DNA of 64,000 bases from an uncultured Alphaproteobacteria bacterium (GCA_944392225.1 CALXWB010000001.1:855-64854); one strand, 5' to 3'. Shown: positions 19,427-29,869, counted from the stretch's first letter. Translations and numbers: made by a program. The notes: generated by a model from the sequence alone, not told the origin.

Positions 19427-20146
19427 TTAAAACAACTCGCCTTGCGAATCGTCTGCCAAATTTTTCATTGCTTCTTTTATCAAGGGAATCGAAACAGCGC
19501 GTTTTAAGCGCAGGGAAAGCATATCTGTTTCTTCCACAATCTTTCTGGCATAAGAAAAAGAGCGTTGCATATTGTTCAAAATAAACGAGATGATTTCGGG
19601 CGAAACATTGATTTGTCTGTCCATAAATAGCTTGATCAGCAAGCCGGAGAGCAAATTATCATCCGGGGCTTTTATCTCAATGGAGGGCACAATGTTTAAT
19701 CTGGACTGCAAGTCTTTGAGTGTGAAATGAAGCCTTGCCGGTGCCTCGTGAGAGGTAAATAATATATTGCCGCCCTCGTTGCGGTATAAATTATATAAAT
19801 GAAACATGGCTTCCTGATTGATGTCGGTGCTCAAATCTTCCACAATCAGACAAGGGTTTTGTTTAAAAAGCTCGTGCACGTCTTCCAATTTTAAGTTTTT
19901 GGCTTGAATTTTCGGCAGCTTGTAAGGGTAGTTGGTCAACAAGCTGACGCGGTTGGAAAAAACATTGGCCAAGTGCGTTTTGCCGCAACCTTCAGGACCA
20001 TAAATGCAGAGGGCAAAAAAGTCCCATCTCGGCCAAAGATCAATGGCTTTGACTGCTTCTTCATTGCAGGGAGAAATGAGAAAATCTTCCTTATCAAGCG
20101 CCGGACGATGCGGCAATGTGAATGCGAGTTGTTGCGTTTCTGACAT
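19427..20146 (-). CDS. hdaA: DnaA regulatory inactivator HdaA
   Basis: QLAFTLPHRPALDKEDFLISPCNEEA N-terminus and IYGPEGCGKTHLANVF Walker A. The ~235-aa size matches alphaproteobacterial HdaA. Confidence 0.8.
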   Translation of the reverse strand: MSETQQLAFTLPHRPALDKEDFLISPCNEEAVKAIDLWPRWDFFALCIYGPEGCGKTHLANVFSNRVSLLTNYPYKLPKIQAKNLKLEDVHELFKQNPCLIVEDLSTDINQEAMFHLYNLYRNEGGNILFTSHEAPARLHFTLKDLQSRLNIVPSIEIKAPDDNLLSGLLIKLFMDRQINVSPEIISFILNNMQRSFSYARKIVEETDMLSLRLKRAVSIPLIKEAMKNLADDSQGELF

Positions 20147-20179
20147 ATTTTGTGCACTTTGTTTTTTTTATGATTTATC

Positions 20180-22840
20180 TTATTTATTTAATACATCAAA
20201 AACTTTTGCCGTCAAGTCTCCCAAGCTGAAAGGCTTGGACATAAACTCAAAATTCTCACTTTCCGAAAGTTCGCGTTTGGCAATTTCTTCCGAATAGCCT
20301 GAGGCCAAAATGACCTTAATATTGGGAATCTTCTCTTTAACAATGGCGGCCAGTTCGGCACCTGTCTTGCCGGGCATAACCATATCGGTTATCAATAGAT
20401 CAAAGTTGCTGTTTTCTTCCAATTGTTCCAGAGCATTTTCGGCCGAGTTGCAGCCCACAACATCATAGCCTTTTTTCTTTAAGGCGCGGACGGCAAAGGT
20501 CCTGACCGAATCTTCATCTTCAACAAACAAAATGTGTGTTTCCGCGGCGTCTTTGTTGGCAGCTTCTTTGCGGTCAATGGCTGATGATAAGTTTAAGCCG
20601 AATATCATTTTTTCATTAATGGACACCGGGGCGGCGATTTTTTCCTGAACGGTTAAAATCGGGGTGCCGTCTTTGCTCTTTACCACTTCTTGCGCTACTT
20701 GTGCATTTTCATTTTCTTCAATATCACTTTCAAAACGCGGCAGATAAATTGAGAAAGTGGTGCCGACACCAACTTCACTTTCTACTTTGATAAAGCCTTT
20801 GGTTTGTTGAACAATACCGTAAACCATGGCCAGACCCAAACCCGTGCCGGAGCCGACAACATTCTCCTTGGTGGAGAAAAACGGCTCAAAAATGCGTGTC
20901 AAATTCTCTTTGGGAATACCGCAACCCGTATCCTTGACATCTATAACTACAAATTCTCCGGGTTGAACCACGTCTGAACCAAACTGGTATGGCTCGGTCA
21001 ATACATCTATATAGGTGGAAATGGATAAGGTGCCGTTGCCTTTCATGGCGTCTTTGGCATTGACCGCAAGGTTGATAATTACCTGTGAAAACTGAACCGG
21101 GTCTACCCTGATGTAGCCTAAATCCGTGCCGTGGTGGAATTTTAAGACAATCTGCTCGCCCAAAATGCGTTTGAGCATTTGGTTGAGCTCGATAAAGTTT
21201 TCTGTAACATCTATTAATTTTGGTTTTAGGGGTTGCTTTCTGGAAAAGGCCAGCAATTGTCTGACCAAACCTGCCGCACGGTTGGCGTTTTGTTTGATTT
21301 GAATTAAATCGGCAAAAGAGGGGTCACCAACACCGTGGCGCTGTAACAATAAGTCGCAAAAACCAATCATGGCCGTAAGCAAGTTGTTAAAGTCATGGGC
21401 CACACCACCTGCTAACTGACCGACAGCTTGCATCTTTTGTGCTTGGGCAAACTGAACTTCCAGGTTCTTTTGCTTGGTGGCATCTGTCATGTAAATAACC
21501 ACGCCGTCTATGTTGTTGACGTTGTCAGAATATTGTTTTTTCATCGGAGAAAGATATAAATGGGCAATTTTTTCTTCTTTGTTTGTGTTTAAGTGAACAT
21601 CCAGCTTGGTGTTGTTTTTATGATGCTCAAAAATATCTGAGATTTCATTTTTCAGATGAATGTTGTCTTCGGGTTTTATAAAAGAAAAAATGCTGGTGCC
21701 GACAAGCTCTTCTTTTTTGTGCTGATCATCAAAAAAGTCTTTGGCTTCATCATTGAAGTTTTGCAACAGGCCTTCTTTGTTGATGAAACTGATGCCAACC
21801 GGGGCATAGTCAAACAGCCAGCTGATTTTATCTAAGGCTTGGCTCAGTTTTTCTTTGGTTTCGGCATCTCCGGGAATATCGGTTATGACAACGCCTCGGG
21901 TCTTGCTGCCTTTGATGTTTTTGTATTTTTCTTGGAATAATAAGGTCTCAGAGGTGGTATCCTTGGGCGTGTTGAAATATACCGTGCCGTGCCATTGGCT
22001 CAAACTTGTCGGAATTTCAGAATGTTTGGGAATAAACTCATTGAGCTCTTTACCAATCAGTTCTTCGCGGTTTTTGCCTAAAAATTTGGCCAGGGCGTGG
22101 TTTACATATTCAATCTTATTTTCATTGTTGCAAACATATAAGCCAATCGGCAGATAATCAATCACATCATGCAGGGCTTGGCTTTCATTTTGCAGAACAG
22201 ATTCAATGTTCTTTTTGGCGGTTATGTTCTCAATGCTCCAATATAAATAGGCATTTTTTTTGATGGCTTTGATGGAAAACGGGCCGTTGAAAATATCGGT
22301 CTTTTTCAAATAAATCGGCTTGACGGAAACCAAAAACCATTCTTCATTGTTGAAAATATGCTCGTCTTCTTCCTGAAAAGAAAGAGAAATTTCTGCCGTT
22401 TCAGCGTTAAGGTTATTGCAGGCGTTTTTTATGCGCTGGAAAGCGCTCTTATTATTTATTTCATCTGTCAGATAATGTTCCAAAAAACTCAAAACGGGAA
22501 TGCTTTGAAAAAACTCTTTCGACGGGGTGTTTTCAATGACGGCTTGGCCTGCAGAATTTTCGATGCGCTTTAATTTGAAGTCATCTTTTATGATTTCATT
22601 GGCAAAACCACCATAACTCATGGCTTGTTCGGCGGCGTTCAGGGTTTTTATGGTTAATATCAAGCATAGAATTATGAAAAACAATGTGCCCAGAACCCAA
22701 AGCATGAAATATTGCGGATATACAAACATGGATATCAGACTCATGCTCAAAATGACAAGAGCATATGATAGTCCGACTAAGAGCTTTTTTAAGCGTTTGT
22801 CCGGTCTATTGTTGGTTTTTGAGTTGCATAACATATCCAA
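20180..22840 (-). CDS. hybrid sensor histidine kinase/response regulator, CckA-like
   Basis: 886 aa. N-terminal TM segments, PAS-like regions, H-box GGVAHDFNNLLTAMIGFCDLLL, N/G boxes (NLAVNAKDAM, DTGCGI, GTGLGL) and a C-terminal receiver (LFVEDEDSVR, LLITDMVMPG). The H-box resembles CckA, but orthology is not proven. Confidence 0.8.
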   Translation of the reverse strand: MDMLCNSKTNNRPDKRLKKLLVGLSYALVILSMSLISMFVYPQYFMLWVLGTLFFIILCLILTIKTLNAAEQAMSYGGFANEIIKDDFKLKRIENSAGQAVIENTPSKEFFQSIPVLSFLEHYLTDEINNKSAFQRIKNACNNLNAETAEISLSFQEEDEHIFNNEEWFLVSVKPIYLKKTDIFNGPFSIKAIKKNAYLYWSIENITAKKNIESVLQNESQALHDVIDYLPIGLYVCNNENKIEYVNHALAKFLGKNREELIGKELNEFIPKHSEIPTSLSQWHGTVYFNTPKDTTSETLLFQEKYKNIKGSKTRGVVITDIPGDAETKEKLSQALDKISWLFDYAPVGISFINKEGLLQNFNDEAKDFFDDQHKKEELVGTSIFSFIKPEDNIHLKNEISDIFEHHKNNTKLDVHLNTNKEEKIAHLYLSPMKKQYSDNVNNIDGVVIYMTDATKQKNLEVQFAQAQKMQAVGQLAGGVAHDFNNLLTAMIGFCDLLLQRHGVGDPSFADLIQIKQNANRAAGLVRQLLAFSRKQPLKPKLIDVTENFIELNQMLKRILGEQIVLKFHHGTDLGYIRVDPVQFSQVIINLAVNAKDAMKGNGTLSISTYIDVLTEPYQFGSDVVQPGEFVVIDVKDTGCGIPKENLTRIFEPFFSTKENVVGSGTGLGLAMVYGIVQQTKGFIKVESEVGVGTTFSIYLPRFESDIEENENAQVAQEVVKSKDGTPILTVQEKIAAPVSINEKMIFGLNLSSAIDRKEAANKDAAETHILFVEDEDSVRTFAVRALKKKGYDVVGCNSAENALEQLEENSNFDLLITDMVMPGKTGAELAAIVKEKIPNIKVILASGYSEEIAKRELSESENFEFMSKPFSLGDLTAKVFDVLNK

Positions 22841-23879
22841 TTACCTCTGCGACTGCTTTAAAATGTTCCGGCGGAATTTGCTGGTCTACCTCAACACTGG
22901 CAAACAAGGCTCTGGCCAAAGGCGGATTTTCCACAATCGGAATTTCGTGCTCTTCCGCAATCTCTCTGATGCGCAAGGCCAAAAAGTCTACACCTTTGGC
23001 AACAACCACCGGGGCGTCCATCTCTTCCATCTTATATTCCATGGCAACGGCATAGTGCGTCGGGTTGACCACAACAACATCTGCTCTTGGAACATTTTCC
23101 ATCATGCGGTGCTTTGCACGCTCCATACGAACCTGCCTAATGCGCGATTTGACCAACGGATCGCCTTCAACCTCTTTATATTCATCTTTCAGCTCTTGCT
23201 TGGTCATGCGCAATTTCTTTAAATGACTATATCTTTGGTAAAGATAATCTGCAACTGCTAATACAAAAATAGCTATCACAACTGTGAATATCAGCAAAAC
23301 CACAATCTTGTGAATGAAAGATAAAATGCTTATCGGCGCCATGGTCGGCAGCAGATTGACATCATCTAAATAAGGCTTGATGACAATGAGCCCGACATAG
23401 GCTATGATGCAAATTTTCAAAATACCTTTCAAGCTTTCTACCACTTTTCTCATATTGATAAAATTAGGCAGGGCGGCAAAAATATTGAGTTTGTTCCAAT
23501 TGGGCGCGAGTTTTTTCGGGGCATAAATAAAGCCGGTTTGCGAGATGCTGGCCGCTACCCCGAAAACAATGAATATAACAAACGGAATGCTCAAAATTTT
23601 GAGCAAGGCAACAGCGGCGCTGATAAACACTCTTTGCAGATGTGCCGCATCCATCGGGATATTTTCCGGCATTTCTATAAACTTAATGCTATAACCGTAA
23701 AACCACCGAAACATCAGGGGAATAACCATCCACACCACGGCCAACATGGCTAAAAACATGATAAAGCTTTTCGCATCTTGCGAGATGGCCGTATCGCCTT
23801 CTTCTTTGGCTTTTTCTATCTTTCGTTCCGAAGGTTCTTCGGTTTTCGAGGCTTCGTCATCATCTTCAGGGGCAACCAT
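22806..23879 (-). CDS. flhB: flagellar export protein FlhB
   Basis: KTEEPSERKIEKAKEEGD N-terminus and the NPTHYAVAM autocleavage motif. Confidence 0.95.
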   Translation of the reverse strand: MVAPEDDDEASKTEEPSERKIEKAKEEGDTAISQDAKSFIMFLAMLAVVWMVIPLMFRWFYGYSIKFIEMPENIPMDAAHLQRVFISAAVALLKILSIPFVIFIVFGVAASISQTGFIYAPKKLAPNWNKLNIFAALPNFINMRKVVESLKGILKICIIAYVGLIVIKPYLDDVNLLPTMAPISILSFIHKIVVLLIFTVVIAIFVLAVADYLYQRYSHLKKLRMTKQELKDEYKEVEGDPLVKSRIRQVRMERAKHRMMENVPRADVVVVNPTHYAVAMEYKMEEMDAPVVVAKGVDFLALRIREIAEEHEIPIVENPPLARALFASVEVDQQIPPEHFKAVAEVIGYVMQLKNQQ

Positions 23880-23889
23880 TTTCTTCCTC

Positions 23890-24645
23890 CTAACTCAGAA
23901 ACATTTGCAATGCTTCTTCATAATATTGGCAAAACCATATTATGATGACGGGTAAAACCATGAACATTAAGCCAACACCTAAATATATTTGCAAAGGCAT
24001 GGACAGAAAAAAGATGTTTAATTGCGGCATGAGGCGCGATAATAAGCCCATGCCGACATAAAAAACAATGGTGAAAGCCACAAAAGGTGAACCCAGCTTG
24101 AAACCGATGATAAAGCTTTGATTGAGCGTTTGTGACAAGCTCTGCGCCAAATCTTCTACCGGCAGACGGCTCCCGACCGGAAACAGCTCATAACTTTCTA
24201 TGACCCCACTTATCATTAAATGATGTAAATCGGTGACAAATATGACGGTTAGGGCCACAATCATCAAAAATGTATCAATGATGATGGATTGTTGCTGAAA
24301 AGCCGGATCAAACATTTGCGCGTTGGAAAAACCAATGGCTTGTCCGGCCAGGTTGCCGGCCAGGTTAACGGCAAAAATTAAAAACTGCATGAATATTCCG
24401 ATGAAAATGCCATAAGTTATCTCCAGACTCATCATGCTGAAGACAGAGGCAAAATTTTGCGGAATGGCCGGCAGCTTGTCGTTCAAATAGGGCATGAGAA
24501 TAACCGTAAGTGCCAGAGCAATGCTCAGTCTTAATTGCGAATTGACATAACTTGCTCTAAAGCCCGGCATGACCATGATGGCACTGCCGAGCCTTAAAAA
24601 AATCAATAAAAACTTATAAAGTTCAAAACTCAAAAGTTCGGTCAT
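23890..24645 (-). CDS. fliR: flagellar export protein FliR
   Basis: 251-aa polytopic membrane protein in the fliQ-fliR-flhB order. The sequence pattern is typical of FliR. Confidence 0.88.
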   Translation of the reverse strand: MTELLSFELYKFLLIFLRLGSAIMVMPGFRASYVNSQLRLSIALALTVILMPYLNDKLPAIPQNFASVFSMMSLEITYGIFIGIFMQFLIFAVNLAGNLAGQAIGFSNAQMFDPAFQQQSIIIDTFLMIVALTVIFVTDLHHLMISGVIESYELFPVGSRLPVEDLAQSLSQTLNQSFIIGFKLGSPFVAFTIVFYVGMGLLSRLMPQLNIFFLSMPLQIYLGVGLMFMVLPVIIIWFCQYYEEALQMFLS

Positions 24646-24647
24646 CT

Positions 24648-24914
24648 TCAGCCGCCGTTCGCTATTTTGTCAAACAAGCCATCGGTTAATATTTTCATTT
24701 GATTGAGCATGAACGGAAAAAGAATGATGATGGTGCCAAAAACACAAATGATTTTTGGCACAAAGGCCAAGGTCATTTCCTGAATTTGGGTCAAGGCTTG
24801 GAAAATACCGATAATCAGACCGATAAACAAGGCAACCAATAAAACCGGAGAAACCACTTTCAGTAATGTGAAAACAGCCTCTCTTGATATGTCTAATACC
24901 TCAATCTCATTCAT
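24648..24914 (-). CDS. fliQ: flagellar export protein FliQ
   Basis: 88 aa. IGIFQALTQIQEMTLAFVPKI is the conserved FliQ core. Confidence 0.9.
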   Translation of the reverse strand: MNEIEVLDISREAVFTLLKVVSPVLLVALFIGLIIGIFQALTQIQEMTLAFVPKIICVFGTIIILFPFMLNQMKILTDGLFDKIANGG

Positions 24915-24924
24915 CTTTGTTTCC

Positions 24925-26010
24925 TTATTCCAGCGGTGTTAAGTCTTCAAAATATTTATGGTTGTTCAGCCCGGTTAAAAAAACACCGTCAAAATCTAAT
25001 GCCATAATTCCTTTGAAATATTTGGAAATTATGTTTTGCCACTCTTCTGACCAATATTCAACAATAACACCTTCTTTATCGACAAAAGAGGGGCGCTTTA
25101 ACCATGCAGGCGAGCCGATTTTCCATTCCGGCTGCCAATAATATTTGTTTGGATCTGCCTCCGAAATGTTGAAGGCAGCAACTACTTTTCTCAAGGCGCC
25201 GTTTTTTTTGTATTTCAAATCATTTATATCTTCTTTTTCCAAAGGTTTGCCTTGAAAAAACGGAGAAATGACCACAATGTCAAAGTTGGAATTTCTGATA
25301 TCTGACAGGTAGGCTTCTTTGTCTTTATATTTGCTACTGTCCAGCAAAAACAAAATGTTTTTGGCTTCAGACAAATTTTCTATGTTTTTGGCATTTTCAT
25401 TTATCAAAAGCTGATTTTTGGCATCTTTGAAAGCATATTGCGGATTGCTGAAAATATAGGTCAAACTGCGTTGTCTGACACTCTCTTCAATGGCCGAATC
25501 CAAATCTTGAGCCGAGCATTGGTCAATGGAAATCAGCGGAATTTTTCCGGCAGAAACTTTTCCGTGATATTGGCAGAATAGGTTGTTTAAAACCAAAGCA
25601 TCTATATTTTGATTATATTCTTTGCTCAAATTGTTGAGCTTTTTCTTTCTTGTTTCTTCTTCCGTGTTCAAAAGCGTGTCATTTTCTGCCTTATAACCAA
25701 AAGCTCTGGAATTGTTATAATCTTCCAGATGATATTCCCACAAGCTATCGGTGAGCAAATCTTCTCCTTCATGCACCAAGGTGATGAAGTTTGGATTTTT
25801 GCTTTTGGCGTAGCGATTGAGCATGATGACATTTTGCCGCATGGCATCACGATAATTTAATATTTTGCGCGGAAAGCCGCTCTTTTGCGCATCTAACTCA
25901 GCTTGCGTGTAAGGGTTGGCAGAGGTAAAACCTTCTACTCCGGCGCGGCAATCCGTGCAGAAAAATAATCCTAATATCAGGGTGCTCAAAAACAGGTTTC
26001 TAAGTAACAA
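24925..26010 (-). CDS. putative secreted/lipoprotein glycoside hydrolase family 114-like TIM-barrel protein
   Basis: The track ORF (to 26211) overlaps pgm by 212 nt. I shortened it to the in-frame TTG at 26010, giving the signal-like LLRNLFLSTLILGLFFC. C-terminal VEYWSEEWQNII...ALDFDGVFLTGLNN resembles GH114 (endo-alpha-1,4-polygalactosaminidase-like). The call is tentative. Confidence 0.5.
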   Translation of the reverse strand: MLLRNLFLSTLILGLFFCTDCRAGVEGFTSANPYTQAELDAQKSGFPRKILNYRDAMRQNVIMLNRYAKSKNPNFITLVHEGEDLLTDSLWEYHLEDYNNSRAFGYKAENDTLLNTEEETRKKKLNNLSKEYNQNIDALVLNNLFCQYHGKVSAGKIPLISIDQCSAQDLDSAIEESVRQRSLTYIFSNPQYAFKDAKNQLLINENAKNIENLSEAKNILFLLDSSKYKDKEAYLSDIRNSNFDIVVISPFFQGKPLEKEDINDLKYKKNGALRKVVAAFNISEADPNKYYWQPEWKIGSPAWLKRPSFVDKEGVIVEYWSEEWQNIISKYFKGIMALDFDGVFLTGLNNHKYFEDLTPLE

Positions 26011-27619
26011 CGTCAGCCTCTTTCTTTCCCGTGCGTGATGTGATTTCGGCAATCTCCATGGCAACGGATAACAGGGTTTCAAGCATCTGGCGCGGATTGT
26101 TATCAATCTTTTCTTTATCATAGTTTTCAAGATAAACGCGCAAGGTGGCGCCGCTGCTGCCGGTGCCCGATAAACGATATACAATTCTTGAACCGCCGAT
26201 AAAGTCAACAATCAAGCCGTTTTTGGTGGAGCTCTTGTCTACCGGGTCGTTATATATGAACGGGTAGGCTTTGTCTACTTGATATGAGCCAAAAGTTTTG
26301 CCGTTCAAAGAGGAAAGTTTTTCTTCCAAATCTGCCATCAGTTTGTCGGCAACTTTGGTGTCCAAACCTTCAAAGTCAAAACGCAGATAATAGCTGCGGC
26401 CATATTTTTTCCAGTGATCGCGGGTGATTTGTTCCACACTCATGCCGGTTTTGGCAATAATGCTCAGCCAGAACAAAACAGCCCAGATGCCGTCTTTTTC
26501 TCTGATATGGCTGGAGCCGGTGCCAAAGCTTTCTTCTCCGCACAAGGTGATGCGTTTGGAATCCATCAAGTTGACAAAATATTTCCACCCGGTCGGCACT
26601 TCATAATAGGGGAGGTTGTGTGCTTTGGCCACACGGCTGACGGCGGTTGATGTCGGACAAGATTTTGCCACGCCGTAAATGCCGTTTTTATAGGCCGGAA
26701 TCAGCTGATAATAGTCTGTTAAAATGGCCAAAGAATCGCTCGGTGAAACAAAAAACTTTTTCCCTAAAATCATGTTTCGGTCACCGTCACCGTCATTGGC
26801 TGCGCCAAAATCAGGTGCCGAATCCGAGTTCATAATTGCCAAGAGCTCGGTAGCATAGGTCATATTGGGATCGGGATGCTTGCCGCCAAAATCCGGCAAA
26901 GGATTGCTGTTGATAACACTGCCTTTTTTTGCCCCCAATATCTCTTCAAAAATTTTGATGGCATAGGGCCCGGTCACGGCATTGAAAGCATCAAATTTCA
27001 TGGTGAAACCGTTGCGGAACAATTTCTTCAAGGCTTCAAAATCAAAGATATTTTCCATCATCTCAACATAATCTTTGACCGAATCTATGACCTCAATCTC
27101 CATATTGCCGAGTTTGCTCTTGCCAAGCTTGGATAAATCTATATCCGGCGCATCATAAATTTTATATTCGCTGATTTTCTTTGAATTTTCATAGATTTTA
27201 TCACTGATGGAAGTTGGAATTTGGCCGCCGGTTTCGTTGGCATATTTAATGCCGAAATCTCCATTCAAACCGCCCGGATTATGTGAGGCAGAAAAAACAA
27301 AGCCGCCGTCGGTTTTGTTTTTTAACAAAATGTTTGAAGAGGCCGGGGTTGAAAGCAAGCCGTTTTGGCCGATTATCAATTTTGCAACATTGTTGGCCGC
27401 AGCCATTTTGATGAATTGTTGTATGGCTTTGTCATTATAATAACGGCCGTCGCCGCCAACAACAAAAACTTTGCCGCTTAAATCGCCAATCGTGTTGAAA
27501 ATGCTTTGAATGAAGTTTTCAAAGTAGTTTTCTTGCATCATCACCTTGGTCTTTTTGCGCAGACCGCCGGTGCCCATTTTTTGGTCATCATAGGGTGTGG
27601 TTTTGATTGTTTTAATCAT
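26000..27619 (-). CDS. pgm: phosphoglucomutase (alpha-D-glucose phosphate-specific)
   Basis: 539 aa with the active-site motif FSASHNPGG, a metal loop DGDGDRN and GEESFG. Confidence 0.95.
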   Translation of the reverse strand: MIKTIKTTPYDDQKMGTGGLRKKTKVMMQENYFENFIQSIFNTIGDLSGKVFVVGGDGRYYNDKAIQQFIKMAAANNVAKLIIGQNGLLSTPASSNILLKNKTDGGFVFSASHNPGGLNGDFGIKYANETGGQIPTSISDKIYENSKKISEYKIYDAPDIDLSKLGKSKLGNMEIEVIDSVKDYVEMMENIFDFEALKKLFRNGFTMKFDAFNAVTGPYAIKIFEEILGAKKGSVINSNPLPDFGGKHPDPNMTYATELLAIMNSDSAPDFGAANDGDGDRNMILGKKFFVSPSDSLAILTDYYQLIPAYKNGIYGVAKSCPTSTAVSRVAKAHNLPYYEVPTGWKYFVNLMDSKRITLCGEESFGTGSSHIREKDGIWAVLFWLSIIAKTGMSVEQITRDHWKKYGRSYYLRFDFEGLDTKVADKLMADLEEKLSSLNGKTFGSYQVDKAYPFIYNDPVDKSSTKNGLIVDFIGGSRIVYRLSGTGSSGATLRVYLENYDKEKIDNNPRQMLETLLSVAMEIAEITSRTGKKEADVVT

Positions 27620-27712
27620 AATATTCTCCCAAATTGGTATTTTATAAAAAATAAGATATCACTTTGCCTTCTAAACACAAGTGTTCATTGCAGTTTATTA
27701 CCAAGTCTTATT

Positions 27713-28522
27713 TTATTCGGGAGAGATGAACTCGGCTAACGCCGTGATTTCTCTTTTGGCGGCAATGTGTGAAACCGTCATCTTGCATTTCAAACGATCA
27801 TTGTTCAGGTCTAAAACAGTTAAACCTTCCAAGAAAAGCTCTTTATATATAACGCGGTCTTTTAGCCCCGGAAACAGGCGAAAACCATATAATTTTGACA
27901 ATCTTTCCAGATGTGAAAAAATGGCCGTTTTGTTTTTGGATTTATAATTGGATAATTTGTTGCCGCAAACAATCCAGTTCAAATAAGGTTTGTTTTGGGT
28001 GGCTAAATATTTTTTTATATCCCAGATAAAGTTGGAATAGGGACCCGGCTTTAAAACTCGGCCGGTTTGATAATCAATATCGGCAATGACGTTTAAGTCT
28101 ATCAAACTGTCTGATATCGGGGTGATAACCGTGTCGGCATATTTGTGGCTTTCTTCAAAAAGATAGTTCTTGGTGCCGGGCGTGTCTATGATGATGGCAT
28201 CATAATTATTTTTCTTTTGCAAAATTTGGCTGGAAAGATTTTCTCTGGCTTGCGTTATCAAATATGGGTTTTCTTCCAGATAGACTCGCGTATGATCGGG
28301 AATCGGCAAATGCAAATTTTGCTGCGTGCAAAATTTTTTGCGGTTTTCTATATATTTAGATAAACTTCCTTGTCTGCCATCTAAGTCAAACGTGGCTACG
28401 CTGAAACCTTCCTGCATTAATCTAATTGCCAAATGCATGGAGATGGTGGATTTTCCCGTTCCGCCTTTTTCATTGCTCAAAACAATGACATGGGCTTTTT
28501 TTTCAGATATATTTTCGCTCAT
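27713..28522 (-). CDS. mipZ: division-plane positioning ATPase MipZ
   Basis: VIVLSNEKGGTGKSTISMHL, FDLDGRQGSL, IIIDTPG and GLKDRVIYKELF align along the whole length with Caulobacter MipZ. Confidence 0.9.
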   Translation of the reverse strand: MSENISEKKAHVIVLSNEKGGTGKSTISMHLAIRLMQEGFSVATFDLDGRQGSLSKYIENRKKFCTQQNLHLPIPDHTRVYLEENPYLITQARENLSSQILQKKNNYDAIIIDTPGTKNYLFEESHKYADTVITPISDSLIDLNVIADIDYQTGRVLKPGPYSNFIWDIKKYLATQNKPYLNWIVCGNKLSNYKSKNKTAIFSHLERLSKLYGFRLFPGLKDRVIYKELFLEGLTVLDLNNDRLKCKMTVSHIAAKREITALAEFISPE

Positions 28523-29721
28523 CAGATTTTGTTTGCCAGTGTGTATTCATCTTTTTCAACTGTAACCACTATGCATGACTTTTGTGATTTTTTCAAGCGG
28601 TCACATACTTTTTTTGCTTCGGCTTTTTCAAACCCGATGATTTTTGAGCGGTAGACTACGGCTGAGCCTGTTTGATAAGGTTCAATATCTATGTTTTTGT
28701 CTTTTGCCTGGTGAATAACTTTTTCTTTGATGTCCAGAGCATAGTTTCTGGCCTTGGCATAGTTCGAAAAGGCTCCAATCTGAATGCCCCACTGGGTTTG
28801 CACGCTGCTTCTTTCTGCCGTAAGGCTGTTGTCGGCAACTTGCTCTGCTAAAGCGGCTTTAGAATCTGTTTCATTGTTTGCAACCATGGTCTCAGTATTT
28901 TGAGTGGCATTCAAAGCCAGCTTTTGTAAGCCTTTCTCCATCATTGAGGCAACGGTTTTGTCTCTTTGTTTGAGCATTCTGTGGCCCATGGTGACGGCAA
29001 TCACGCGATGACCATCGCGCTCGGCTGAGGTAACAATGTTGTATCCGGCTGCGTTGGTAAAACCTGTTTTCATGCCATCTGCACCTTCAAAGGTTTTCAA
29101 AAGGTGATTGTGCGTATAAATCGTTCGGCCTTTATAGGTGAATTTTTTGGTGGAGAAAAGCTTATAATATTGCGGAAAATGGTGATATAAGGCCGCACCT
29201 AACAAGGCCATGTCTCTTGCCGTGGTTTTTTGTCTTTTGTTGGGCAAACCCGAAGCATTATAAAAAGTGGTATTTTTCATGCCCAGCTCATGGGCGACTC
29301 TGGTCATCGTCTTGGCAAATTCGGGTTCGGAATAGCCCAAACCTTCTGCCAAAACCGTGGCACAATCGTTGGCCGATTTGACAATCAAAGCCATAACGGC
29401 ATCGCCAACCTTTATTTTTTCTCCGGCTCGAACCCCGATTTTTGACGGCGAGCGATTGGCTGCCGTTCTGGATACGGGAAGCTTGTCATCCCATTTGATA
29501 ATCCCTTTGTCAAGAGCATCAAATGTGATGTATAAGGTCATTAATTTGGTTAAAGATGCCGGATATCTTAGCTCATCTGCGTTGTTTGATGATAAAACTT
29601 CTCCGCTTTGCGCATCAATCATAATCGATGAAACAGAGGCTTGTGCTCTTTCTGCAGAACTCAAAACAATCGTCAAAGCACAAATCATCGTGCCAAAAAA
29701 AGACATCGGCTTATAATTCAT
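28522..29721 (-). CDS. D-alanyl-D-alanine carboxypeptidase (PBP5/6-like, S11) with C-terminal SPOR domain
   Basis: Signal peptide, SxxK (ASLTKLMT), SxN (KSANDCA) and KTG (MKTGFT). The C-terminal WGIQIGAFSNYAKARNYA is SPOR-like. Confidence 0.85.
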   Translation of the reverse strand: MNYKPMSFFGTMICALTIVLSSAERAQASVSSIMIDAQSGEVLSSNNADELRYPASLTKLMTLYITFDALDKGIIKWDDKLPVSRTAANRSPSKIGVRAGEKIKVGDAVMALIVKSANDCATVLAEGLGYSEPEFAKTMTRVAHELGMKNTTFYNASGLPNKRQKTTARDMALLGAALYHHFPQYYKLFSTKKFTYKGRTIYTHNHLLKTFEGADGMKTGFTNAAGYNIVTSAERDGHRVIAVTMGHRMLKQRDKTVASMMEKGLQKLALNATQNTETMVANNETDSKAALAEQVADNSLTAERSSVQTQWGIQIGAFSNYAKARNYALDIKEKVIHQAKDKNIDIEPYQTGSAVVYRSKIIGFEKAEAKKVCDRLKKSQKSCIVVTVEKDEYTLANKI

Positions 29722-29840
29722 TTTATCTAAAACCTTATTAATCCTTATTTATTACGTTATTTGCAGCTATCTTAGGAGAAAAAAGAAAATAAATTGTTAA
29801 AATTAACCGTTATAAAAAAATATTCTTTCATTTTTTTTGC

Positions 29841-29869
29841 TTGACTTTATTGCGGTTTGTTTGTAAAAA
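29841..29869 (+). promoter_or_regulatory. candidate sigma-70 promoter for tRNA-His
   Basis: TTGACT (29841-29846), a 17-nt spacer, then TAAAAA (29864-29869), ending ~18 nt before the tRNA 5' end. Confidence 0.4.

Noticed and set aside
26011-26211. N-terminal 67-residue extension of the GH114-like ORF, overlapping pgm by 212 nt.
   Set aside because: The extension is Ala/Pro/Arg-rich with no signal-peptide character. An in-frame TTG at 26010 gives a hydrophobic signal-like N-terminus right at the pgm stop.
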